This document shows, in pieces, positions 1-13,471 of a stretch of DNA of 64,000 bases. The DNA comes from the human T2T-CHM13v2.0 reference genome, Homo sapiens. The stretch lies in the NCBI RefSeq assembly GCF_009914755.1, contig NC_060928.1. One strand, 5' to 3'. Under the pieces are notes generated by a model. That model ran no database searches, had not been told where the DNA came from, and saw nothing but the letters and a program-made list of their open reading frames with translations. The position numbers and the translations under genes are program-made. Position 1 is the stretch's first letter. Each line of letters begins with the position of its first letter.

Positions 1-963
1 AAGACATAAGAGACTCCATTTTGAGAAAGACCTGTACTTTCAACAATTGCTTTGCTGAGATGTTGTTAATGTGTAGCTTTGCCCCAGCCACTTTGACCCA
101 ACCTGAAGCTCACAAAAACATGAGTTGTATGAAATCAAGGTTTAAGGGATCTAGGGCTGTGCAGGACGTGCCTTGTTAACAAGATGTTTCCAAGCAGTAT
201 ACTTGGTAAAAGTCATCGCCATTCTCTAGTCTCAATAAACCAGGGGCACAATACACTGTGGAAAGCCACAGGGAGCCCTGCCCTTGAAAGCAGCGTATTG
301 TCCAGGGTTTCTCCCCATGTGATAGTCTGAACAGTGGCCTCGTGGGAGAAGAAAGACCTGAACGTCCCCGAGCCCGACACCAGTAAAGGGTCTGGCTGAG
401 ATGGATTAGTCAAAGAGGAAAGCCTCTTGCAGTTGAGAGAGAGGAAGTCCACTGTCTCCTGCCTGCACATGGGAACTGAATGTCTCGGTTTAACACCCGA
501 TTGTACATTTGTTCAATTCTGAGATGGGGGTAAAACCGCCCTATTGTGGGAGGTGAGACACGTTTTCAGCAATGCTGCCTTGTTATTCTTTACTCCACTG
601 AGATGTTTGGGTGGAGAGAAACTTCAATCTGGCTTGCGTACGCGTCCAGTCATAGTACCTTCCCGTGAACTTCATTATGACATAGATTCTATTGCTCACA
701 TGTTCGTTGCTGACCTTCTCCTTATTATCACCCTGCCCTCCTACTACATTCCTTTTTGCTAAAATAATAAAAATAATAATCAATAAAAACTGAGGGAACT
801 CAGAGGTCTGTGTCAGTGCAGGTCCTTGGTATGCTGAGCGCCGGTCCTCTAGGCTCACTGTTGTTTCTCCATACTTTGTCTCTGTGTCTTATTTCTTTTC
901 TCAGTCTCTCGTCCCACCTAACTAGAAATACCCTCAGGTGTGGAGGGACGGGCCACACCTTCA
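1..963 (+). mobile_element. HERV-K (HML-2 group) LTR5A-like LTR, 5' end outside the window
   Basis: LTR5 motifs GGTTTCTCCCCATGTGATAGTCTGAA and CCCGACACCAGTAAAGGGTCT; AATAAA at 782; ends ...CCTTCA at 963 followed by AGTGAG; TATA position reads TTTAACA (489-495). Confidence 0.9.
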
Positions 964-1221
964 AGTGAGTGTTGAGGGACGGTCGGGAGCCTTGTTTTGT
1001 TTCCTCCTCAGGACAAACAGCAGAGTGAGCTGGGCAGATCGGAGGAGACCAATGTGCAAACTATCCTCTCAGCAGTGTGGAGTTTCTGTTCCTGGTTGTG
1101 CTGGGGGTCTCAGAAATCTACTTCAAAATTTTGCTACCCTCCCCCACTGGTTGTCCTTTTCATAGACATCTCACCCACGATAGCAGGGAATGAGTCCCTC
1201 TAAACTATTCCCTCAGGAATA

Positions 1222-3940
1222 GTGAGAGCCAGCCCCTCTTCCCACCCTGGATCTTAGGACCCCCATCGCAGGGTGGTGAGGGACCCCCCGCGATGCTTGG
1301 AGTAAGAGCCAGCCCCTCTTCCCCCTCTGGCTCTTAGGACCCCCATCGCAGGGGGGTGAGGCACCCCCCGCGATGCGGGGAGTAAGAGCCAGCCCCTCAT
1401 ACCCCCCGCCGGCTCTTAGGACCCACATCGCAGGGGGAGTGAGGCACCCCCCGCGATGCGGGGAGTAAGAGCCAGCCCCTCTTCCCCCCCTGGGTTTTAG
1501 GATCCGCAGTGGACTCACAGCCTGTTTATCACATTGTGAGTAATATCATCTCCCCTCTGGAAATTATGAACTATTTCACAGACAGGTGTACACCGTCTGT
1601 ATTGGTAACAATATCATCCTCGTTCTCCCTGAATATTAAGAACAGTATCACAGGGGTGTTTCTACTCCCTGCGATATTGGGTGTCATATCCTCCTCTCCC
1701 AAGTGGCAATTAGAGACAATATCAGTGGGGTCGTGTCCACCTTCTGTGATATTTAAAGTAAGATCATCCTCTTCCCTCCAGGATCATGGGAACAATATCC
1801 CTAGGGGGTGTCCACTTTCTGCGATATATGTAGTCATATCACCCCCTCCGCCTTGGAATATTACGAAGGACCATCTCACACGGGGGTGTACACTTCCTGC
1901 GATATTGGAAGTAATATCAACCTCTCTTCCTCTTAATATGAGGAAGAATATCACAGGGTGGGTGTACACCTCCTGCTCTATTATGGGGAGGCATATCTAT
2001 CTATTATGGGGAGTAATATCATCCTCTCCCTTTCAGGATATTAATAACAATATCCCAGGCTGGGTGAACACAGCCTACGATGCTGGAATTATTGTCACCC
2101 TCTCCCCTTCGGGATACTAGGAACAATATCACAGAAGAGGTGTACACTCCCTGCGATATTGGGAGTAATAGCATACGCTTCTTCCGTGAATATTAGGAGC
2201 AATATCACCGGGTGGCTGTACATTCATTGCTATGTTGGCAGTCATGTCATACTCCACCCTCTGGATATTAGGATCAGTGTCACAGGGTGAGTGTACACCT
2301 ACTGCGATATTAAAACTAATATCAAGTTCTCCATCCCTGGATATTAGGAACAATATCACAGGTAGGTGTACACCCCCTGCGGTATTAGGAGTAATAATAT
2401 TATGAATTATTAAACATCAGTCTCATTAATGATTATAAATGGTAATATTAATTTATAGTATAACTTTATTAGTCATTAATGATTATTTTAAAGATATGAT
2501 TGTGCATGATTAAAATTAATTCTTACTATTAGTGCCATTTTTAATAATATTAGTTATTAATATTAACATTAATCATTGTTTTATTACCAACATCACTTAT
2601 GATGGATTTAAGTAACATTAATTACTGATATTATTATTTTACTATTAATATTGATATTGCTATTATTAATTGTAATCATGAATATTTTTAATCCACATTA
2701 AGTTTTACTGTCTCCACTGTAGTTATTAATATCAATGATTACTATTAATTGTTATTATATTTATTAATATTAATAATTAATAAAACTGTTCCCGATATCC
2801 GTGGGGGAGAGGATATTACTCCCAATATCGCAGAAAGTGTACACCCCTCTATGATGTTACTCCTAATAGCCAGTGGGTAGAGGATGACATTATGGAAAAT
2901 ATCGCAGTGGGTGTACATCCCTTCGGTCATCTTGTTCCTAATATCCTGGGTGGGAGCGGATGTTACGACTCCCAAAATCGCAGTGGGCGGAGACCTCCCC
3001 CGTGATACTGTTCCGAACATCCAAAGGTGGAGAGGATGATATTTCTTCCAATTTCGCCGGGGGTGCCCACCACCCCTGTGATATTGATCCTAATATCCAG
3101 GGGGCGAGAGGATATTAGTCTGAATATTGCAGGAGGTGTACACTCCCTAGGGTTATTGTTCCTAATATCCAGGGACAGAGAGGATGATATCACTCCCAAT
3201 ATAGCAGGGGGTGTACACCCCTTGTGTGACATTGTTCCTAATAGGCAGCGGGGGAGAAGAAGATATCACCACGAATATCGCAGGGGGTGTACACCCCCTT
3301 GTGACATTGTTCCTTCTATCCTGGGAGGGAGAGGAAGATACTAGCGGCAATGTCGCAAGGGCTGTACACACCCACTGTGATATTGTTCCGAATATCTGGA
3401 GGGGGAGAAAATGATGTTACTTCCAATATCGCAGGGGGCTTACATGCTCCTGAGATATTGTTTCTCAGGTTCAGGGGGAGAGGATGATATTACTGCCAAT
3501 ATCTCAGGGGTTGTACACACCTCCCGTGATGCGGGGAGTAAGAGCCAGCCCCTCATACCCCCCGCCGGCTCTTAGGACCCACATCGCAGGGGGAGTGAGG
3601 CACCACCCGCGATGCTGGGAGTAAGAGCCAGCCCCTCTTCCACTCCTGGCTCTTAGGACCCCCATCGCAGGGGGCTGAGGCACCACCCACCATGCGGGGA
3701 GTAAGAGCCAGTTCCTCTTCCCCCACTGGCTCTTAGGACCCCCATCGCAGTGGGGTGAGGCACCCCCGCAATGCGGGGAGTAAGAGCCAGCCCCTCTTTC
3801 CCTCCCTGGCTCTTAGGACCCACATCGCAAAGGTGTGATTCACCCCCCGCGATGCGGGGAGTACAAGCCAGCCCCTCACCCCCCATGGCTCTTAGGACAC
3901 CCATCGCAGGGGGGTGAGGCAACCCCCGCGATGCGGGGAG
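1222..3940. repeat. SATR1/SATR2-type satellite, higher-order unit 1: GC variant 1222-1500, forward AT-type array 1540-2395, AT-rich core 2395-2785, inverted array 2785-3520, GC variant 3525-3940
   Basis: Tandem ~75 bp monomer CCCCTGCGATATTGGGAGTAATATCATCCTCTCCCCCCTGGATATTAGGAACAATATCACAGGGGGTGTACA and ~80 bp monomer GCGATGCGGGGAGTAAGAGCCAGCCCCTCTTCCCCCCTGGCTCTTAGGACCCCCATCGCAGGGGGGTGAGGCACCCC. Confidence 0.88.
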
Positions 3941-6590
3941 AGCTGAGACTGGGGTCCGGGCTGTTCCGGACTTCAACACTCACCCTTTGTCCCCACGCAG
4001 GGCTATGGCGTGTGCTCGGTGGAGCTGGAGCGGCTGGCTTACCTCCTCGTGGCTTACAGCCTGGACGCCTCAGTCGCCTCACTCCTGGGCCTGCTGGGCT
4101 TGTGGCTGCCACGCCCGGTTTCCCTCGTGGCTGGAGCAGGGGTGCACCTGCTGCTCACCTTCATCCTCTTTTTCTGGGCCCCTGTGTCTCGGGTCCTTCA
4201 ACACAGCTGGATCCTCTGTGTGGCAGCCGCCCTTTGGGGTGTGGGCAGCACCCTGAACAAAACTGGACTCAGCAGTGAGTATAGCTGTGGGCACTGGGAG
4301 GGCGGGGCAGGGTTCTTTATGGCTATCTGTGGGTGGTTGGCTAGACATAGACATCCCAGGGACAGATATGGGGTCCCATGGTCACATAGCGTCCTGTGGA
4401 CATGGCGGAGGCCGGTGGGGCTTCCTGTGGACACTCCAGGGGTGGAAGGGAAGTCTCATGGACACACTGGGGGCAGATGGGTAGGGCGTGGACACCCTGG
4501 AGACAGGTGTGGGGGTTCCACGTCATGGACATTCCGTTAATAACCCAGGGTGGGCACAGGGCCCCATCAACACTGGAGGGTCAGTGTGAAATCTCGTGGC
4601 TACACGGGGCAGGTGTGGGGCTCTGTGGACACCCCTTAGGGACAGTATGAAAAACACATCAGGGATTCTCCCTTTTCATACCAGGGGACAGAGCTTACCT
4701 TGTCATAGTTTTCGTGACACTTGGAGCATATGTTTTGGTCTCTGCCTCACGGAGCATGCGGTAGGAGCAAGTGGCCTGTTGTACATCCACAGCATAGATA
4801 CAGACATGGGACTTTGTATAGAGAGGAGCAGGCCTGCAGCCCCAACCCAATCTGCTCAGTACCAGAGTCCAGGCCCCAGGTCTGGGCTGCTGGGGAACAG
4901 GGCCCTGTTTGCAAAAGGCAGCGAGTGGGCCCATGTTCAGCTCCAGGATGCTCCCTGCCCACAGATGGGCACATGCAGTGACACACAGCTAACACACATG
5001 GGCACAGTCCTGCAGGGCATCCATGTCAGTGTCTGTTCTGATGGGCCGAAGCCATGAACAGATTTGAACGTCATCCTTGGGGGTGTGGAATGGCACAGGT
5101 CATGCCTGCTGCTGGTAGGACAGAGGCTGGCTGGGTGTCTCTGTCTGTAGCAGGGGCTGGAGCCTCATACTGCACCACAGTCTCTTGGCTGTTTTGCCCA
5201 AGGATAGCCAATTCTGGGCAGAGTCCAACCTGGGTATCTTGGACCCATGTTGTGCCCTGTCTGGTCATGGCATCCCCTTGCCCAGCTCCATATCCCATCT
5301 CCATAGGTGAACGCTGGGGTATCCTTGTCTCTTCATAGCAGCACTGTGGGGGTAAAGTCACCCTGCAGGGCCCCAAGACAGGAGTGTTCATGTCCTGAGT
5401 GTGTGGTGAAGGTGTTAATAGTGGCCCCTATGATTTGGCAGGTGCCATGCCCACTTTCTCACTTTAGAACTTCAGAACACAGCACACAATAGGCATAGGC
5501 TCATCTCACCATTGGGAAAAGCAGCTCTGGGGAGTTAAGTACCCAAATCACCCACAGAGCCAACGTTACAGTCCTGAGAACGAGTGTGCATCTTCTGACT
5601 CCCAATGCATTACTCTTGTTGCCCACCCTGGGAGGACTCACTGGAAAGGAAGCCCCCTCTCCATGCTTAGCTTCAGGTTTGATTTGCAGAGTTGGCAGCT
5701 GCAAACAGTTCGATCTCTCTAGTCCCGGCTGAGGAGGAGAAACAGCGCCTGCAAGCTTGGCACTGCACACCTGCGGTTGGGGACAGGACATGACTAAGCA
5801 CAGAGCTTTCTTCTTTTGAGGCCACGCATGTGGTGCAGAGCGGGACCACCTGCATCCACACAGCCCGGCGCACCTGCTCCTACTTCTGCTTAGCGTGTGA
5901 GCAGCTTGGTGACCAGGGTCTCCACCAGGGGGCAGGCCAGGACCGGCTTACAGCACTTTCTAGGGGTTCTCTGGTCCCGGGCTGGGACACATACAGGGCT
6001 TAGTAAAGTTCATAGATGGTAGCTAGGCAGCCCCAGGCCCCAGGTGACACCTCTCCCCTGCCTGCCCTGTACTGCCTGCCTGCAGCACTCCTGGGAATCT
6101 TGTACGAAGACAAGGAGAGACAGGACTTCATCTTCACCATCTACCACTGGTGGCAGGCTGTGGCCATCTTCACCGTGTACCTGGGCTCGAGCCTGCACAT
6201 GAAGGTGAGACTGGGCAGGGTTGGGGGCCCCATTCCCAATGACAGGTATTTCCTTAGCCCCTGCCCTGGCTTCACAGCTTCCTAAACGCCACCCCTTCCC
6301 AAGCCAGTCTCTGGGCCAAGGCCCCATTCCTGCAGCCCACTGGGTGGCCCCCAACTCAGCACCCCACTTACTGGACCACCTCCAGCCAGTCTCAGTTTGC
6401 CCACCTCTGAGGGGATTTGTGGGTGCATCACAGCCATCCTGTGGGCTGTTTGGTACCCGGTTGTCCAGATGTTGCGTCTGTCTCCCTTCATGGCCTGAAC
6501 GGGAGCAAGCTCCTCATGCTCTGCTCCCAAAAGATGGTGGCCGGTCTAGCAAGTCCCAGTTGCTAAACATTTTTTAAAAATAGAACTAAA

Positions 6591-6884
6591 GGCCGGGCAC
6601 GGTGGCTCACTCCTGTAATCCCAGCACTTTGTGAGGCCGAGGCGAGTGGATTGCCTGAGGTAGGGAGTTTGAAACCAGCCTGACCGACATGCTGAAACCT
6701 CGTCTCTTCTAAAAATACAAAAATTAGCCGGGCGTGGTGGCAGGTGGCTGCTACTCGGGAGGCTGAGGCAGGAGAATCGCTTGAACTGGGAGGCGGAGGT
6801 TGCAGTTAGCCGAGACGGGGCCTTGGCACTCCATCCAGCCTAAGCAACAAGAGCGAAAATCTGTCTCAAAATAAAAATAAAAAT
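6591..6884 (+). mobile_element. Alu (AluS-like)
   Basis: GGCCGGGCACGGTGGCTCA start, A tail, TSD AAAAATAGAACTAAA. Confidence 0.95.
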
Positions 6885-6913
6885 AAAAATAGAACTAAAA
6901 ATAGCAGGGAGTG

Positions 6914-7229
6914 GGCCGGGAGCAGTGGCTCATGCCTGTAATCCCAGCATTTTGAGACGCTGAGGTGGGGGTATCACCTGAGATCTGGAGTTTGAGACCG
7001 GCCTGGGTAACAGGCTGTGAAACCCTGTCTCTACTAAAAACACAAAAATTAGCTGGGCATGGTGGCACGTCCCTGTGATCCCAGCTTCTCTGGAGGCTGA
7101 GGCACAAGAATGGCTTGAACCTGGGAGATGGAGGTTGCAGTGAGCCAAGATTGTGCCACCGCACTTCAGCCTGGAGGACAGAGCGAGACTCTGTCTCCCA
7201 AAAAAAAAAGAAAAAAAGAAAAAAGAAAA
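6914..7229 (+). mobile_element. Alu
   Basis: Dimeric Alu consensus with A tail. Confidence 0.93.
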
Positions 7230-7239
7230 GCAGTGAGTG

Positions 7240-7556
7240 GGCTGGGCATGGTGGCTCACGCCTGTAATCCCAACACTTTGGGAGGCTGAGGCAGGAGGAT
7301 TGCTTGAGGCCAGGAGTTCAAGACCAGCCTGGGCAACATAGGAGACCCTGTCTCTACAAGAAATTTAAAAATTAGCTGGGTGTGGTGGCGCGTGCGTGTA
7401 GTTCCAGCTGCTTGGGAGACTGAGGTGGGAGGATGGCTTGAGCCTGGAAGATTGAGGCTGAAGTGAGCGTGCCACTGCGCTCCAGCAGTGGTTGGGGGAA
7501 GGGAGGGAGGGGGCGCGGTGGGGAAACGGAGCGACCGTGTCTGGAAAAAAGAAAAG
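7240..7556 (+). mobile_element. Alu (AluJ-like) with G-rich insertion near its 3' end
   Basis: GGAGGATTGCTTGAGG and GGAGGATGGCTTGAGCC diagnostic stretches. Confidence 0.9.
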
Positions 7557-7929
7557 AGCAGGAAGTATGCATACAGATATGTGTGTATGTACTGAGCTAT
7601 GGTGTGAAATCATTCCTGACTGCGGGTTATAGTCAAATCCCCATGAAGAGAATCACTACAGCCCACGGGTGTGTCAGGGACACAGTGTTGTGAGCCCTGG
7701 GAAGGCAGGGCCTGTGGCCAGCACTTTATCAACACTGGCACATGCACCCTATGAGGCAAAGGGATTTGCATTGTCCCCTTACAGAGTGGGACACTGAGGT
7801 CGCCAGGGGCATGGCGACTGTAAGGGACAGTGCTGGATGTGAGCCTCGCCTGCAGGAGGCGGTCCAGGAAGCGTGGGTGGAGCGGCTGGAGAAGTTGAGG
7901 GTCGCGTGGCCCGGGAGGCTCCCGGAGGA

Positions 7930-8960
7930 GGGAAGGGCCTATCTCAGCGAGGGGCATAGGCGGGGAAGGTGCGGGGCGAGGCGGCCGCGGGTCCCTGGCA
8001 TCCCTCTCCGTACACCCAGGCTAAGCTGGCGGTGCTGCTGGTGACGCTGGTGGCCGCCGCGGTCTCCTACCTGCGGATGCAGCAGAAGCTGCGGCGGGGC
8101 GTGGCCCCGCGCCAGCCCCGCATCCCGCGGCCCCAGCACAAGGTGCGCGGTTACCGCTACTTGGAGGAGGACAACTCGGACGAGAGCGACGCGGAGGGCG
8201 AGCATGGGGACGGCGCGGAGGAGGAGGCGCCGCCCCCGGTGCCCAGGCCTGGCCCCAAGCCCGCTGGACTCGGCCGCCGGCCCTGCCCCTACGAACAGGC
8301 GCAGGGGGGCGACGGGCCGGAGGAGCAGTGAGGGGCCGCCTGGTTCCCGGACTCAGCCTCCCTCCTCGCCGGCCTCAGTTTACCACGTCTTAGGTCGGGG
8401 GGACCCCCTCCGAGTCCCGTGCTGTCTTCAAAGGCCCCAGTCTCTCCTCCCCCACGTTGGGGACGCCCCTCCCAGAGCCCGGGTCACCTCCGGGCTTCCG
8501 AAGCCCCCTCTAAGGCGGAGTGGAGCCTTGGGAACCCCTCGGCCAAGCACAGGGGTTCGAAAATACAGCTGAAACCCTGCGGGCCCTTAGCAGGCGCCCC
8601 AGCGCCGGAGCAGGGTCAGGGTCTTCTTGCGACCCGGCCCCGCTCCAGATCCCCCCAGCTCTCGGCCTCGGACCCGGGCCGCGTGTGAGCGCGCTTTGCA
8701 CCTCCTATCCCCAGGGTCCGCCGAGAGCCACGATTTTTTACAGAAAATGAGCAATAAAGAGATTTTGTACCGTCCTGACTGGGGAGTCCCAGGCCGCGTG
8801 GGACGGAGCGCCCCTCGGATGCAAGCCCGTCTGGCCCAGCCTCTGGGCGCGGTGGTGACAGGCCCTGACCTAGAGGGACCGCGGGGTGTGGGGAGTGCGG
8901 AGCCCTACTGGGGCGGGGCGAGGTGTCCGTAGGCCCCGCCCACCAGCCCTTCCTCCCTCC
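7930..8960. promoter_or_regulatory. CpG island over the UNC93B1 last exon and 3' end
   Basis: Very high GC content with dense unmutated CpG. Confidence 0.75.
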
Positions 8961-10680
8961 TGAGGCCCCGCCCCCCATACCTGCCTGCCTTTGCCAGCCC
9001 CAGCCAGGAGAAGGGAGTGGCGGAGCGGCTGGCAGAGACAGAGGAGGGTGTGACGGCGTTGCTGGCCCCCCATGGGTCCAGAGGGCGAGACAGACTCTGG
9101 AGGCACACCCTCCACGTGCCTGTGTAGGCATCCTCGGCCCTCCAGCGACCACCCCCACGTCGGACAGGGTCCACTTCCAAGCCACGGTGGGGTCACCCTG
9201 TGCCCAGTAGGGGCCTTGGAAGTGGTGGTTGGAGGCCAGGTACGCTCGGTTACTACCCTTTCCCGGCTACAGCCTCAGCTGCGATGCCCACGAGAAACAG
9301 GCTGGTGGAGGGGCAGACCCCCTACAAGACCTGAAGGTGCCGTTCCTCCACCCGCTCTTCTTGTGGCCAGAGGAGAGGGACACCCCCGCCATGAAGAGCT
9401 CTGAACAGTTGGGTGAGGACAAGTGGGGGCCGTGGGAGGGCCATGGAGCCCCCAGCTGCACCCCAGCAGGCCCGGGGTTGGCCCACACCATTCCTCACTC
9501 CCCACAGCCTCTCTTCCCCTGACTTTGGCGAGACCCTCTTCCGTACCTCCAGGCTCCATGCCTGCCTCAGCATAGCTCTATGGATTCTCCCAGCCCTAAA
9601 CTGGCCCCATCTCTCCTCTCTGCCCTCATGTGAGTTTGGTTCTTGAAGCCTCTAGTGGGCCCTGGGGCCAGACTCTGTGGCCTTGGACAGGGAGTCTCCC
9701 ATATGAGCCACAGGTTCCTTCTCTGTTGAGTGTGTGAGGGAACATGTTGGAGCCCTTAGTGTGGTGGCTGCAAGCACCCCAGGCCCTGTAAGAAACACAA
9801 AAGGGTGCGGTGGGAGACTTGACATTTTCTAAATCTGGGAGGGAACGCTGCCTTCCTCACGCCGACCTTCAGTGAAAAGCAGACTCAGAAGCGGTCCCGA
9901 GGTGCCACCGTAAGCTGGGTGAAGGCCAGCACTGTGTGCTTCCAGTTCCCCCTCAGCATCTGTAGATTGAGTGTTCTCTGGAGGTGGCTGGCGACATCCT
10001 CCTGGCAGCTTCCAGCAAAACCAGTCGGAGTTGGGCAAACTGAAGCTCGGATGATTCACCTCTGAATGGAGGGCAAGGTGATATTTGGAAGGGTGTTGGC
10101 CCCTGGGATGCTGGGCAAACGGGGAGCGGGTGCCTGGATAGTGGGCCTACAGCTCTTCCCAGTTCTGAGTCAATTCCATTGTCCATGGTGCCAAGGAACA
10201 GAGGCTCTGATGTTGAGGAGACTTGAAGGTGATCCAGGCACATAGAGTGGCCACTCGGGGGTTTGGCTCCTGGCTGTGCTCTTCCTACCTGGGCATTTCC
10301 CATGAGAAGGCTTCACAGGCCACCTGGCTGCTCCTGGCACATGGAGAATGCCCAGATGGTGACATGTGCCAGACAACACATATTTGCACCTGATAGGCCA
10401 CACACATGCAACATGCAAACACACGTGGCGGGTAACACCTGTGACAGACACTACATGACAACGCACGTGCACACATGATGGGAAACACATATCACAGGCC
10501 GTGCAACAGGAAACACACATCACAGGCTGTGCGACGGGAAACACAGCGCAGGCAGTGCGACGGGCCCTGGCAGCAAGCTCAGCAGGCTGGCTCTTTTCGA
10601 GCAGGAGAAGAGCTCATTGTAAGAGATGACACTGGCGTAGGTGGCACCTCCCCTGTCTCCATCACCCTCGGATAAGGTGA

Positions 10681-11120
<440 letters not shown>

Positions 11121-11276
11121 TGATTTTTCAATTATGTGATTCCAAGAATCTCCAGTCCAAGATTTTCCCTATCTTTAAGTTCTCAGTAGCAGGTTAGATA
11201 ACCTGAGAAGTCTCCCTCTTCAAGACACCTAGAAATGCTGGGTAAGAAACAAATGTCCTTTTAACTATAGAGCTGA

Positions 11277-11732
<456 letters not shown>

Positions 11733-12005
11733 TTACAAGGCAGGTGGTCAGGGTTACAGTCAAGCATGATGAATTTGGGACCACAGAAATGCAACACCTT
11801 TAGAGAAAGGGACAGAAACATTTCCACCCAGGGGAACAGAGAGAGGTGAGAAAATTTGAGCTTTAGGTGGTGAACAAGTTTCCCATGAGATCGTTGCATT
11901 TTCAGGCCTCTCTTATATAAATGTGGAACTCCTACAATGAAGTCATGCTACCTGTGTGGTCTAGGAATGCCAGAGTTGAGAAACTAACACTAAAAAGTTG
12001 CTTTG

Positions 12006-12294
<289 letters not shown>

Positions 12295-12569
12295 GTTGCC
12301 TTGGCTTAGTGGTACCCTGGGGCCCCTGGAAAAGCCAAATAGAAAACCTCTCTAGGTGGCTCCCTCAAATCTGGCCACCCAGGATTCCCCACATAAAGCC
12401 CCTCTGAAGCTGAGCTCACGATCCAAAATTACAGAACACACAGGAAACACATCACCGCGAGAAAAGGCAACAGACATACAAAAGAGCAGGATTCGACACC
12501 CGCTCCAAATACCCCCAGCTAGGAGAGAGAAGCTGTCCAACAGGTATGTGAGATAGGCAGCTTCTATAA

Positions 12570-13471
<902 letters not shown>

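Larger units (their letters stand above)
4001..8758 (+). pseudogene. UNC93B1: Unprocessed partial UNC93B1 duplicate (last three exons: 4001-4274, 6086-6204, 8020-8331 to stop; polyA signal 8753-8758)
   Basis: Exons translate GYGVCSVELERLAYLLVAYSL...NKTGLS / TLLGILYEDKERQDFIFTIYHWWQAVAIF...HMK / AKLAVLLVTLVAAAVSYLRM...RGYRYLEEDNSDES...GPEEQ*; canonical AG/GT sites with compatible phases; the 5' exons are missing (satellite lies directly upstream). Confidence 0.95.

Noticed and set aside
544-762. Same ~70-aa ORF present in both LTRs (also 29735-29944)
   Set aside because: Conserved only because the LTRs are duplicates; non-ATG starts
1509-2120. 203-aa ORF and other ORFs with recurring GCTPPAILGVISS
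   Set aside because: Translations of satellite monomers; the frame is broken in the paralogous unit at 13578-14220
1222-3940. Palindromic repeats with regular spacing resembling a CRISPR array
   Set aside because: The intervening sequences are homologous rather than unique spacers; primate context; no cas genes
4275-4540. C-terminal extension of the 176-aa ORF 4010-4540
   Set aside because: Read-through past the GTGAGT donor into the UNC93B1 intron
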